Positions 8,820-18,350 of a stretch of DNA of 25,739 bases are shown piece after piece. The stretch lies in NCBI GenBank assembly GCA_964480415.1, contig CAYZPL010000001.1, forward strand, positions 1 through 25,739. The letters are read 5' to 3'. Each line of letters starts with the position of its first letter. Positions within the stretch are counted from its first letter, which is position 1. The DNA comes from an uncultured Candidatus Izemoplasmatales bacterium (GTDB lineage: Bacteria > Bacillota_I > Bacilli_A > Izemoplasmatales > Hujiaoplasmataceae). Both the position numbers and the translations under genes were made by a program. Under the pieces are notes generated by a model. That model was not told the origin of the DNA. It searched no databases and saw only the letters and a program-made list of their open reading frames with translations.

Positions 8820-9811
8820 TCGAGTTAATTGAAAAACACAAAGTCATAAGCGTTGTCGGCAATGCCAAGAACGCCGGCAAAACCACAGTTATCAACCATA
8901 TCATTGATAACTGTTTTGAGGCTGTGGTAGCCGTGACTTCAATTGGTCTCGACGGAGAGGAAATAGATCAGATAACATATCAGGAAAAACCGAGAATATT
9001 CGCCAAAATCGGATACATTATCGCGACTGCAAAGGATACGCTTAAATCTTTTCAAGCTGAATATGAGATATTGGAAGAGACAGATATCCGAACGTCGATT
9101 GGAACCATTGTCATAGCCAGAATCACAAAAGAAGGCAATGTGCTTGTTGCGGGACCTTCGATCATATCGGATATGCAAAGATTGATCAAGGTGATCGAGA
9201 AATACAAACCAACAAAGATTTTGATCGACGGTGCTTTCTTCAGGCATTCGACAGCCAGATTGTCTCAAGCCACGATCTTTGTTGTTGGAGCCAATCTTTC
9301 GGCTAGAATCGAAAAAGTCGTAAACAACGCGAGACTAAGCATCAAGAAATTCAGCTTACCGGAATATATTGATAAAGCAAAACTTTCCGGAAGGGAAAAA
9401 GTATGTCTAGTAAATGGAAATGAAGAAATCATTGAACTCGGTCATAGCAGTATACTCGGTAAAGGAAAAGAACTTTTTACGGAAACAAACCAAAATGTAA
9501 AATATATATTCCTACCCAAGGCATTGACAAACGATTTTGCGAAAGAACTTGTCAAGAAACGAAAAGAATATGATTTCGACATCATCGTTAATTCACCCGT
9601 GAACATTCAACTTGACGAAACCAATCTGGACAATCTCTTCAAAATCAACAGGCGGATATTTGTTTTGGATTCCGTGAATCTGGTGGCTGTATGCTATAAC
9701 CCGACTTCTCCAAGAGGGTATTCATTCGATGAAAAAGAATTTAGGGAAAAACTTTCCGAAATAACCCAGCTTGAAGTAATCAATGTAAAAGAGGAAATAC
9801 AATATGAATAA
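8807..9811 (+). CDS. kamB: KamB-like P-loop protein, putative lysine 5,6-aminomutase reactivating-factor subunit; start uncertain (ATT 8807 or ATA 8816)
   Basis: The frame is open from 8777. The P-loop-like [14 protein letters not shown] and TSIGLDGE motifs fit this family, and the P-loop lies upstream of the first GTG (8924). The gene occupies the kamA-kamD slot. Confidence 0.7.
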   Translation: MKKIIELIEKHKVISVVGNAKNAGKTTVINHIIDNCFEAVVAVTSIGLDGEEIDQITYQEKPRIFAKIGYIIATAKDTLKSFQAEYEILEETDIRTSIGTIVIARITKEGNVLVAGPSIISDMQRLIKVIEKYKPTKILIDGAFFRHSTARLSQATIFVVGANLSARIEKVVNNARLSIKKFSLPEYIDKAKLSGREKVCLVNGNEEIIELGHSSILGKGKELFTETNQNVKYIFLPKALTNDFAKELVKKRKEYDFDIIVNSPVNIQLDETNLDNLFKINRRIFVLDSVNLVAVCYNPTSPRGYSFDEKEFREKLSEITQLEVINVKEEIQYE

Positions 9812-11360
9812 ACTGAATCTAGATAAAAACAGAATAATATCCTGCAGGCAATATGCAAAGAAGATAGCCGTCATTGTACAGAATTTCATCGATCTTCATT
9901 CGACCGTCAGCGTCGAAAGGACCGTTCTGAGACTTTTAGGAATTGACGGTGTGGATGAATTCGGCGTACCTGTGCCAAACAGAATCGTCGATGATGTCAT
10001 GAGAGACGGCGACATCAGTCTTGGAATCTCAACATATGTCGCCAGCGCGATTAAAGGCAGCGAACAAGGTTTGGATGAACTTATCAGCGATTATCTGAAC
10101 GACGAGGTTGACATCTGCGGATTTGAATTGGTGGATAAAAACGAAGTTGTGGAAATTCTAAAACCATATTTCACTAAGTATTTGGATATAATCAAGAGAA
10201 ACAAAAAAACTAGAGAAGAATTGATTGGGAAATACGGGCAGAAAAAAACCGACTTGTACGTAATCGTCGCCACAGGCAACATCGATGAAGACGTGGTCCA
10301 AGCAATAGCGGCAGCGAAAGCTGGCGCAGACATAATCGCAGTTATCAGATCGACGGGACAATCTTTGCTTGATTATGTTCCTTACGGAAAAACCACCGAA
10401 GGTTTCGGTGGCACTTTCGCCACTCAGGAAAACTTCAGAATCATGCGCAAAGCTTTGGATAAAGTCTCCGAAGAAGAAGGAAGATACATCAAATTGGTCA
10501 ATTACGCTTCCGGATTATGCATGCCAGAAATAGCTGCGATGGGTGCGATAGAAAGATTGGACGTGCTCCTTAACGACAGCATGTACGGCATCATCTTCCG
10601 CGACATCAATATGCAGAGGACATTCATCGACCAATATTTTTCCCGGTTGATAAATGCTTATTCGGGAATCATAATAAATACGGGAGAAGACAATTATCTG
10701 ACCACCAGCGACGCGATTGAGGAAGCCCACACGGTTTTGGCATCCCAGTTCATCAACGAGGCTTTCGCGAAGAAGGCTCATCTGAAAGAAGAGCTGATGG
10801 GCTTGGGTCACGCTTTCGAAATCAATCCCGATGTCGAAAACGGTTTTTTGTTTGAAATTGCACAAGCCGAGATGGCTAGAGAAATATTTCCAAATGCACC
10901 GTTAAAATACATGCCCCCGACGAAGCATATAAATGGTAATATTTTCCGAGCCTACCAACAGAATGTGATGTTCAACATAGCGACCACTTTGACCGACCAG
11001 TCCATTCATCTTCTTGGTATGATGACGGAGGCGATCCATACGCCGTTTTTGTCAGACAGATACATGGCGATCAAGAACGCGCAGATGATTCAGACCTCGA
11101 TGAAATCATTGGGAGATGAAATTGAATTCAAAGAAAACGGCCTGATCCAGACGAGAGCCAAAGAGGTCTTGGTCGAAGCGGAGAAATTATTGAAGCAGAT
11201 TTCCTCTGACGGACTGTTCAAGACATTGGAAATGGGTATCTTCGCCAATACAAAAAGACTGGTTGATGGCGGAAAAGGATTGACAGGCGTCTTTAAAAAG
11301 CACGATAAATATGTTAATGTAGTGTTGGATAGAATGGAGGAATCGTTCTATGAAGATTAA
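9804..11360 (+). CDS. kamD: D-lysine/beta-lysine 5,6-aminomutase, alpha subunit
   Basis: STVSVERTVLRLLGIDG, YVIVATGNI, AVIRSTGQSLLDYVPYG, NYASGLCMPEIA, KYMPPTKH. Confidence 0.95.
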   Translation: MNKLNLDKNRIISCRQYAKKIAVIVQNFIDLHSTVSVERTVLRLLGIDGVDEFGVPVPNRIVDDVMRDGDISLGISTYVASAIKGSEQGLDELISDYLNDEVDICGFELVDKNEVVEILKPYFTKYLDIIKRNKKTREELIGKYGQKKTDLYVIVATGNIDEDVVQAIAAAKAGADIIAVIRSTGQSLLDYVPYGKTTEGFGGTFATQENFRIMRKALDKVSEEEGRYIKLVNYASGLCMPEIAAMGAIERLDVLLNDSMYGIIFRDINMQRTFIDQYFSRLINAYSGIIINTGEDNYLTTSDAIEEAHTVLASQFINEAFAKKAHLKEELMGLGHAFEINPDVENGFLFEIAQAEMAREIFPNAPLKYMPPTKHINGNIFRAYQQNVMFNIATTLTDQSIHLLGMMTEAIHTPFLSDRYMAIKNAQMIQTSMKSLGDEIEFKENGLIQTRAKEVLVEAEKLLKQISSDGLFKTLEMGIFANTKRLVDGGKGLTGVFKKHDKYVNVVLDRMEESFYED

Positions 11361-12078
11361 ACCATATGGAGATACTCTGAATGACGGGAAAGTCCAATTA
11401 AGTTTCACTCTTCCGGTAGAAATCGGAGCCAAAGGTATCGCCGCCGCGAAAGAACTTGCGAAATCCATGGGCTTGATCGATCCAAGCGTGGTCCACTCAG
11501 AGAAAATCGGTGACAGATTCAGCTTTTATATTGTATATGGTTCAATCACCCATTCAGTGGATTTGGATAAAATCCATGTCGAAGAAATAAAGACAAAACA
11601 TTTGTCAAGAAAAGAGATAGAATCCCTTATAAAGGAAAAGCTGAATAGAGATATTGTTTTCGTCGGTGCTTCGACAGGAACCGACGCTCATACCGTCGGC
11701 ATCGACGCTATCATGAACATGAAAGGCTACGCCGGACATTACGGGCTCGAAAGATATGAGGGAATCAAGGCATATAATCTGGGTTCCCAAGTTCTGAACG
11801 AAGATTTTGTCAGAGAAGCGATAGATAAAAAGGCGGATGTGCTTCTTGTATCGCAGACGGTGACGCAAAAAGACGTTCACATTAAAAACCTCGTGGAGTT
11901 GGTCGAATTGCTTGAAGCCGAAGGAATCAGAGACAAAATGCTTTTGATTGTCGGAGGAGCCAGAATCACTCACGAGTTGGCCAAAGAACTTGGTTATGAT
12001 GCCGGATTCGGTCCAGGTAGTTTCGCTGAAGATGTAGCATCCTTCGCAGTTAATGAATTGATCAAAAAACATGAATGA
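11350..12078 (+). CDS. kamE: D-lysine/beta-lysine 5,6-aminomutase, beta subunit (B12-binding)
   Basis: KPYGDTLNDGKVQLSFTLP, DXHXXG motif TDAHTVG, PLP-site region MNMKGYAGHYGLE. Confidence 0.95.
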   Translation: MKIKPYGDTLNDGKVQLSFTLPVEIGAKGIAAAKELAKSMGLIDPSVVHSEKIGDRFSFYIVYGSITHSVDLDKIHVEEIKTKHLSRKEIESLIKEKLNRDIVFVGASTGTDAHTVGIDAIMNMKGYAGHYGLERYEGIKAYNLGSQVLNEDFVREAIDKKADVLLVSQTVTQKDVHIKNLVELVELLEAEGIRDKMLLIVGGARITHELAKELGYDAGFGPGSFAEDVASFAVNELIKKHE

Positions 12079-12094
12079 CCCGGGAGGGGATAAA

Positions 12095-12619
12095 ATGTAT
12101 ATAAAAAAGACGGATCAAATTGTCACGAAAAACGGAGATACCGGAGAATCAAAAGATTTCGGGAATGAAACATACAAGAAAAACGACATCATATTCGAAG
12201 CCATGGGATCGATTGACGAACTTAGTTCTTTTTTGGGTTTGGCATATCATTTCACGAACTATGAATATATCAAAGAGATCCAAAAAAAGTTACAGATCAT
12301 CAACGCTAGAGTAGCCGTTTCGCCTAAGTCCGATTTGGCCAATAAGATCGACAGGGTCGAAGAACACGACGTGGTTTTCCTTGAGTCGGAGATCCAGAAC
12401 ATTCTCGACCAGAAACCGATTGAGGCGAGGTTTGTTCTTCCTGGTAGTGAAAGAACGCAGAACGGAGCGTTTTTTGACTATGCGAGAACAATAGCCAGGA
12501 AGTGTGAAAGAAGGCTGGTTGAGTACTTGGAAAAACACAAAAGAACCGATCTGAAAATCGAATTGAAATACTTGAACAGATTGAGTGATTATCTATTTGT
12601 TCTGGCAAATATTCTCTAG
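12095..12619 (+). CDS. PduO-type ATP:cob(I)alamin adenosyltransferase
   Basis: IVTKNGDTG, GSIDELSSFLG, FVLPG, ARTIARKCERR, YLNRLSDYLF. Likely start ATG 12095 after SD GGGAGGGG (12082-12089); 12071 is an alternative. Confidence 0.9.
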   Translation: MYIKKTDQIVTKNGDTGESKDFGNETYKKNDIIFEAMGSIDELSSFLGLAYHFTNYEYIKEIQKKLQIINARVAVSPKSDLANKIDRVEEHDVVFLESEIQNILDQKPIEARFVLPGSERTQNGAFFDYARTIARKCERRLVEYLEKHKRTDLKIELKYLNRLSDYLFVLANIL

Positions 12620-12639
12620 ATTTTGACCTATCGAAATTA

Positions 12640-12681
12640 TTGAATTTTTAACTTTAAAAGTTATAATGACTATGTTATAAT
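12640..12681 (+). promoter_or_regulatory. Putative tandem promoters of the glutamate fermentation operon
   Basis: TTGAAT (12640-12645), 16 bp spacer, TATAAT (12662-12667). A second extended -10, TG-T-TATAAT, lies at 12673-12681. Confidence 0.65.
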
Positions 12682-12692
12682 TATACAAGTGA

Positions 12693-12706
12693 TAAAAACG
12701 CTTACA
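12693..12706 (+). promoter_or_regulatory. Second cre-like operator, between promoter and SD of glmS
   Basis: TAAAAACGCTTACA has one mismatch to TGWNANCGNTNWCA. Its core AACGCTTACA is identical to 3783-3792. Confidence 0.55.
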
Positions 12707-12724
12707 AATAATAAGGAGATAATA

Positions 12725-13129
12725 TTGAAATCGATTGTAATTGGCGTGATAGGTTCCGATGTTCACGCTGTTGGAAACAAGATTATTGAATATACTCTAC
12801 ATAACGCTGGATACAACGTTATAAACATCGGAGTATTATCTTCACAGGAGGATTTTATCAATGCGGCGATCGAGACAAACGCCGATTTGATTATGGTATC
12901 TTCACTCTACGGTCATGGTGAGATTGATTGCAGAGGAATGAGGGACAAATGCATAGAAGCCGGCATAGGAGACATTCCACTTTACGTCGGCGGCAACATT
13001 GTGGTTGGAAAACAGGATTTCTCAGAAGTCAAAGAAAGATTCATGGCGATGGGATTCAACAGGATCTATCCACCCGGGACACCTATAGATGAAGCACTAT
13101 CAGATTTAAAAGAGGACTTGGGAGAGTAA
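12725..13129 (+). CDS. glmS: Glutamate (methylaspartate) mutase, B12-binding small subunit (GlmS/MutS/MamA)
   Basis: [17 protein letters not shown] (DXHXXG), [21 protein letters not shown]. Likely start TTG 12725, 6 nt after SD AAGGAG (12713-12718). Confidence 0.95.
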   Translation: MKSIVIGVIGSDVHAVGNKIIEYTLHNAGYNVINIGVLSSQEDFINAAIETNADLIMVSSLYGHGEIDCRGMRDKCIEAGIGDIPLYVGGNIVVGKQDFSEVKERFMAMGFNRIYPPGTPIDEALSDLKEDLGE

Positions 13130-13131
13130 GC

Positions 13132-14514
13132 ATGGCAAACTATTTGCTGATTGATTTTGGTTCCACTTTCACAAAACTTTGTGCAGTTGATTCAGAAGCT
13201 TCCGATATTTTAGCGACAGCTTCTCATTTTACGACTGTCGAAACCGACATTAGCATAGGATATCATAGTGCCCTTAAGAGCATCTATGAAAGCATAGGAA
13301 AAGAGATAAAATTTGATCAAGTAATTGCTTGTTCATCAGCTGCTGGCGGCCTTAAAATGGCCGCTATTGGTCTAGTTGAGGAGCTAACTGTCGAGGCTGC
13401 GAAACGTGTTTGCCTCGGTGCGGGAGCGAAAGTCGACCTGGTATTCTCACATCATATAAACACTAGTGAAGTAAATCAGATAATAGATAAGAAAATCGAT
13501 ATCATTCTGCTTGCCGGAGGTTCAGACGGTGGCAATTCCGAATGTGTCATTTTTAATGCGGAAATGTTGGGTAAAATGGGCATAAAGAAACCGATTGTCT
13601 TCGCCGGTAACAAATCCGCTCAGGACGAAATCAAAGAGATTTTCGATAAGTACGAGATGGACGGATACATCTGCGACAACGTGATGCCGAAAATCAACGC
13701 ACTCAATATCGATAGCGCAAGAGAACAGATCAGAGAAATATTCCTTAAAAAGATCATCGCAGCCAAAGGCATCAAAAAGATAGAAGAGGAAATCGATGAA
13801 GTTGTCTTGCCGACACCGAAAGCGGTACTTGATGCGACATTGCTTTTATCAAGAGGATATTTGGATGAACCTGGTTGGGGCGATATCGTCGTCCTTGACA
13901 TTGGCGGAGCCACAACGGATCTATATTCGATATGCAACGCTTCAAAACGGAGTGACGTGTTGATACACGGGTTGGAAGAACCTTTCGCAAAAAGGACCGT
14001 CGAAGGAGACCTGGGTATGAGATATTCCGCTCCGGGAATTATCAAGGCTTTGACCAGACAGGAAATAGAATTCATAAACAAGGAAAAAGGCGTCGATATC
14101 CAAGCCGAAGTAGCTAAAAGATACATCGATGTGGCATCTCTTCCTGAGAATCAGCATGATGAATTCATCGATCAGCTATTAGCGGAGATGTGCGCATATA
14201 GAGCGATGAACAGACACTGCGGCAAGATTGAGAAAGTGCTGACTCCGATGGGTACGATGTACAATCAGATTGGAAAAGACTTAACGGATATAAGATACGT
14301 GATCGGCAGTGGTGGCGTAACGATCAATTCCAAACATCAAAAAGACATCTTGATAAAAACCACCAACATTTTGCACAACGAAACCGAACTGAGGCCACTT
14401 CATCCGCATTTCATGATAGACACGAGATACATCATGGCGGCTATGGGATTGCTTTCTCAGAAAGAACCGCTATTGGCGCTAAGACTAATGAAGAAGTACA
14501 TAAAAAGAATTTGA
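13132..14514 (+). CDS. glmL: GlmL/MutL glutamate mutase reactivating-factor-like ATPase (ASKHA fold)
   Basis: [51 protein letters not shown]. Lies between glmS and glmE. Confidence 0.92.
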   Translation: MANYLLIDFGSTFTKLCAVDSEASDILATASHFTTVETDISIGYHSALKSIYESIGKEIKFDQVIACSSAAGGLKMAAIGLVEELTVEAAKRVCLGAGAKVDLVFSHHINTSEVNQIIDKKIDIILLAGGSDGGNSECVIFNAEMLGKMGIKKPIVFAGNKSAQDEIKEIFDKYEMDGYICDNVMPKINALNIDSAREQIREIFLKKIIAAKGIKKIEEEIDEVVLPTPKAVLDATLLLSRGYLDEPGWGDIVVLDIGGATTDLYSICNASKRSDVLIHGLEEPFAKRTVEGDLGMRYSAPGIIKALTRQEIEFINKEKGVDIQAEVAKRYIDVASLPENQHDEFIDQLLAEMCAYRAMNRHCGKIEKVLTPMGTMYNQIGKDLTDIRYVIGSGGVTINSKHQKDILIKTTNILHNETELRPLHPHFMIDTRYIMAAMGLLSQKEPLLALRLMKKYIKRI

Positions 14515-14524
14515 GGAATATGAT

Positions 14525-15982
14525 ATGGAGCTAAGAAACAAAAAACTTACCGAGGAAGAATTTCTGCAAATAAGAAAACAAGTTTTGACAAGTTGGAAAA
14601 CAGGTAACGAAAAAGAGTTGGACTTGGACAAGGCAGTAGATTATTTGAGAAACGTACCTGAGCATAAGAATTTCGCCATCAAACTGAATAAAGCTAAAGC
14701 TGAAGGCTTGACTCTTGTCCAGCCTAGAGCCGGCGTGCCGGAACTGGACGAGCATATAAAGTTATTACAATATCTGGAAAAATGTGGTGCTGATTTCGTT
14801 CCATCTACCATAGACAGCTATACCAGACAGAACAGATATCAGGAAGCCGAAAAAGGATTGGAAGAAAGCATCGCCAAACACAGGGCGCTTCTCAATGGAT
14901 TTCCGGCTGTCAACTATGGCGTCAAAATGTGTAAAAAAGTCTATGAATCAGTAAATGTTCCAATCGAAGCAAGACATGGAACACCCGATGCGAGACTATT
15001 GTCGGAAATCATCCACGCAGCGGGATGGACTTCAAATGAAGGTGGAGGGATTTCCTATAATATCCCCTACGCCAAATCGGTTCCGCTAGAAGTATCCATC
15101 AAGAATTGGCAATACTGCGATCGTCTTGTCGGATATTACGAAGAAAGAGGAATAAAGATCAACCGCGAACCTTTCGGACCGCTTACCGGCACTTTGGTTC
15201 CGCCATCAATTTCCAATACAATAATGATAATCGAAGCGCTTTTGGCAGCTGAACAAGGTGTCAAAAACATTACGGTCGGGTATGGAATGGGCGGCAATCT
15301 GATTCAGGACGTAGCTGCCATCAATGCGCTTTATGACCAGACGAACCGCTATTTGAAGAAATACGGGTACAAAGACATGGAAGTAACAACCGTATTCCAT
15401 CAGTGGATGGGAGGATTCCCGACGGATGAAGCTGAAGCAATGGCTTTGATATCCTTCAGTTCGACTGTCGCGGCTTTATCGAAAGCGACAAAACTGATTA
15501 CCAAATCACCACAGGAATCAGTTGGAATTCCGACAAAGGAAGCAAACGGATTGGGTATAAAAGCTTCTAAATTCATCGTCAATATGTTGAAAGATCAAAC
15601 AATGTCGGACAGCAAAGATCTGGAAGAAGAAATAGCACAGATCAAAAAAGAAGTGGATTGCTTGATGGACGCCATTATGAAAGTCGGCGAAGGCGATTTG
15701 GCAATTGGTACAGTGAAAGCTTTCAAACAAGGACTTATTGACGTTCCGTTCGCGCCAAGCACTTGCAACGCAGGCAGGATTCTGCCGGCAAGAGACAACG
15801 ACGGACGCATAAGAATTCTTGAATTCGGCAACTTGGGATTTAGTGAAGAAATCAAAGAATTCCACCATAAGAAAATCGCAGAAAGAGCAAAATCGGAAAA
15901 CAGAGCGATATCTTTCCAATTGACAGTGGATGATGTTTACTCGGTTAGCAAAGGAAAATTAATTGGAAGACCACAAAAATAA
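14525..15982 (+). CDS. glmE: Glutamate (methylaspartate) mutase, epsilon subunit
   Basis: [59 protein letters not shown]. Confidence 0.96.
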   Translation: MELRNKKLTEEEFLQIRKQVLTSWKTGNEKELDLDKAVDYLRNVPEHKNFAIKLNKAKAEGLTLVQPRAGVPELDEHIKLLQYLEKCGADFVPSTIDSYTRQNRYQEAEKGLEESIAKHRALLNGFPAVNYGVKMCKKVYESVNVPIEARHGTPDARLLSEIIHAAGWTSNEGGGISYNIPYAKSVPLEVSIKNWQYCDRLVGYYEERGIKINREPFGPLTGTLVPPSISNTIMIIEALLAAEQGVKNITVGYGMGGNLIQDVAAINALYDQTNRYLKKYGYKDMEVTTVFHQWMGGFPTDEAEAMALISFSSTVAALSKATKLITKSPQESVGIPTKEANGLGIKASKFIVNMLKDQTMSDSKDLEEEIAQIKKEVDCLMDAIMKVGEGDLAIGTVKAFKQGLIDVPFAPSTCNAGRILPARDNDGRIRILEFGNLGFSEEIKEFHHKKIAERAKSENRAISFQLTVDDVYSVSKGKLIGRPQK

Positions 15983-15991
15983 GGTGAAAAT

Positions 15992-17236
15992 ATGAAAATC
16001 AAGGACATAATCTTAACAAAATCTTACACCGGATTCTTTTTCGATGATCAGAAAGCGATAAAATCCGGGGCAGTCTCAGACGGCATGATGTATATCGGTG
16101 AACCGGTCATACCGGGATTCTCGTCAATCCGTCAAAAAGGGGAGGCTATCTCAATCCAGATCATGCTGGATGATGGGTCTGTCGGCTACGGAGATTGCGC
16201 AGCGGTACAATATTCAGGTACCGGAGGCAGGGATCCTTTGTTCCTTGCGGACGAATACATCCCTTTCATCGAAAATGAAATCAAACCCCGACTGATTGGC
16301 GAGGACTTAAGTAATTTCAAACCGTTAGCCGAGAAATATGACAAGATGAAAATCAAAGGCAAAAGACTTCATACTGCTATAAGATATGGCCTCACACAAG
16401 CGATTTTGAGCGCTGTAGCCGTAAATAACAGGTTGACTATGGCGGAAGTCGTGAGAAAAGAATATAATATTGTCGAGGAAGTATATCAACCCGTTCCTGT
16501 ATTCACACAAAGTGGCGACGACAGATACACAAACGTCGACAAGATGATTTTGAAGGAAGCAGATGTATTGCCGCATGCCTTGATCAACAACGTCAATGAT
16601 AAACTCGGACAAAACGGCGAGATACTTCTTAATTATGTAAAATGGCTCAGTAACAGAATTATGAAATACAAACCGAATGAAAAATATCATCCGGTACTGC
16701 ACATAGATGTTTACGGTACAATCGGCATGGCGTTCGATAATGATATCGATAGGATCGTCGATTACCTCATAGAACTTGAGAAAGCCGCCGAACCTTTCAC
16801 ACTTCGTATCGAAGGCCCGATCGACGGCGGAAACAAAGAAGACACAATCTATTATTTGAAAACAATAACAAAAAAACTCAACGACAGATATTCGAAATTG
16901 GAAATCGTCGCCGATGAATGGTGTAACACTCTTGAAGACATCATCGATTTCGCAGACGCGGGCGCAGGACACATGTTACAGATCAAAACCCCTGACCTAG
17001 GCGGAGTGAACAATGTCATCGAGGCGATACAATATTGTAATAAGACCGGAGTGGGTAGTTATTGCGGAGGAACTTGCAACGAGACGAACATCTCGGCGGA
17101 AGTGACCACCAACATAGCGATCGCCTGCAAGGCGACCCAATGTCTGGCAAAGCCGGGCATGGGAGTAGATGAAGGATTCATGATTGTCAAGAATGTGATG
17201 AACAGAGTATTAGCAATAGCGAATCAAAGGAGATAA
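15992..17236 (+). CDS. mal: Methylaspartate ammonia-lyase
   Basis: GFFFDDQKAI, GDCAAVQYSGTGGRDPLF, QSGDDRY, LPHALINN, catalytic QIKTPDLGG, GGTCNET. Confidence 0.96.
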   Translation: MKIKDIILTKSYTGFFFDDQKAIKSGAVSDGMMYIGEPVIPGFSSIRQKGEAISIQIMLDDGSVGYGDCAAVQYSGTGGRDPLFLADEYIPFIENEIKPRLIGEDLSNFKPLAEKYDKMKIKGKRLHTAIRYGLTQAILSAVAVNNRLTMAEVVRKEYNIVEEVYQPVPVFTQSGDDRYTNVDKMILKEADVLPHALINNVNDKLGQNGEILLNYVKWLSNRIMKYKPNEKYHPVLHIDVYGTIGMAFDNDIDRIVDYLIELEKAAEPFTLRIEGPIDGGNKEDTIYYLKTITKKLNDRYSKLEIVADEWCNTLEDIIDFADAGAGHMLQIKTPDLGGVNNVIEAIQYCNKTGVGSYCGGTCNETNISAEVTTNIAIACKATQCLAKPGMGVDEGFMIVKNVMNRVLAIANQRR

Positions 17237-17241
17237 AGGAT

Positions 17242-17496
17242 ATGATAGCGACCGCAGGAACCAAAGAATCAAACGATTGTTTTGTGACTGTAAAACCGGC
17301 TGATAAGAGAAAAGTGGTCATCAACAGTGTTGTTGGAGCGTTTTTCTATGACCAGATCAAAGAGACTGTCGAGAAAACATTGGATGAATTGAATGCAGAC
17401 AACGTCGAAATTGTAATTGAAGATAAAGGCGCATTGGATTATACAATCAAATCCAGAGTCATAAGCGCTGTGAAAAGGATGAGGAGCGATGTTTAG
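17242..17496 (+). CDS. citD: Citrate/citramalate lyase acyl carrier protein (gamma subunit)
   Basis: AGTKESND carries the prosthetic-group serine; DKGALDYTIKSR also conserved. Confidence 0.9.
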   Translation: MIATAGTKESNDCFVTVKPADKRKVVINSVVGAFFYDQIKETVEKTLDELNADNVEIVIEDKGALDYTIKSRVISAVKRMRSDV

Positions 17497-18343
17497 GTCT
17501 CTCCTTTTTATTCCTGGAAACAATCCTTCGATGATCCAGAATGCGGACATCTTTTTAAGCGATGCCATCATTTTCGATCTGGAAGATTCGGTGAGCATTT
17601 CCGAAAAGGACAACGCCAGAAATCTCATCCTCAATTTCCTATTGACGAAACAATCATTCGCGCAGACGATCATTCTAAGAGTCAATCCTGTGGATACATC
17701 CTTCTTCAAAGATGATTTGAAACTCCTTTCTTCAAAAAGAATAGATTATGTGCTTTTGCCGAAAGCGACAAAGGAGAATCTTGATATTCTCAATGAAGAA
17801 CTTTTCGCATATGAAAAAGAAAACGACCTGAAAGAGACCAAAACAATCGCTTTGGTAGAACAGGCAAAATCGATAATAGAAGTAGAAACAATCGCAGAGA
17901 AACCAAGAGTGGAGGCTCTGTTCCTGGGTGCTGAGGATTTGTGCAACGATCTGGAGATCGAAAGAACCGGCAAGGGAAAAGAGATCCTGTTCGCAAGATC
18001 TAAAGTGATCTATGCGGCCGCAGCAAACAACATCATCTCAATTGATACGCCTTACACAGACATATATGACGAAGAAGGTCTTAGAAAAGACGCGCTGAGA
18101 GCGTATGCGCTGGGAATGAAGGCGAAAGCGTGCATCCATCCCAATCAGTTGGAAATTGTCAACGAGGTGTTTTCACCTAAAAAAGCTCAGATCGAATGGG
18201 CTAAGAAGGTTTTAGTGGCTTATGAAGAGAATTTGAAAATAGGAAAAGGCGCATTCAAAGTCGATGGCAAGATGATTGATAAACCGATAATCGAGAAAGC
18301 GCAGAAAATAATCGACAAAGCCAAGAAATACCAATTATTGTAG
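17489..18343 (+). CDS. citE: Citryl/citramalyl-ACP lyase (beta subunit, HpcH/CitE family)
   Basis: RSLLFIPGNNP, IFDLEDSV, LGAEDL, IDTPYTD, KACIHPNQ, DGKMIDKP. Confidence 0.92.
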   Translation: MFRSLLFIPGNNPSMIQNADIFLSDAIIFDLEDSVSISEKDNARNLILNFLLTKQSFAQTIILRVNPVDTSFFKDDLKLLSSKRIDYVLLPKATKENLDILNEELFAYEKENDLKETKTIALVEQAKSIIEVETIAEKPRVEALFLGAEDLCNDLEIERTGKGKEILFARSKVIYAAAANNIISIDTPYTDIYDEEGLRKDALRAYALGMKAKACIHPNQLEIVNEVFSPKKAQIEWAKKVLVAYEENLKIGKGAFKVDGKMIDKPIIEKAQKIIDKAKKYQLL

Positions 18344-18350
18344 GTGTAGT

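Noticed and set aside
13132-14514. glmL ('MutL') and glmS ('MutS') as DNA mismatch repair genes
   Set aside because: The names coincide only. The motifs are ASKHA ATPase and B12-binding DXHXXG, not GHKL or ABC mismatch-repair domains.
16325-16972. 215-aa minus-strand ORF, plus other long antisense ORFs (7775-8284, 13620-14126, 19262-19846, 19919-20437, 11605-12072)
   Set aside because: Each lies entirely opposite a well-conserved plus-strand gene and shows no recognisable motifs or expression signals; they are shadow ORFs.
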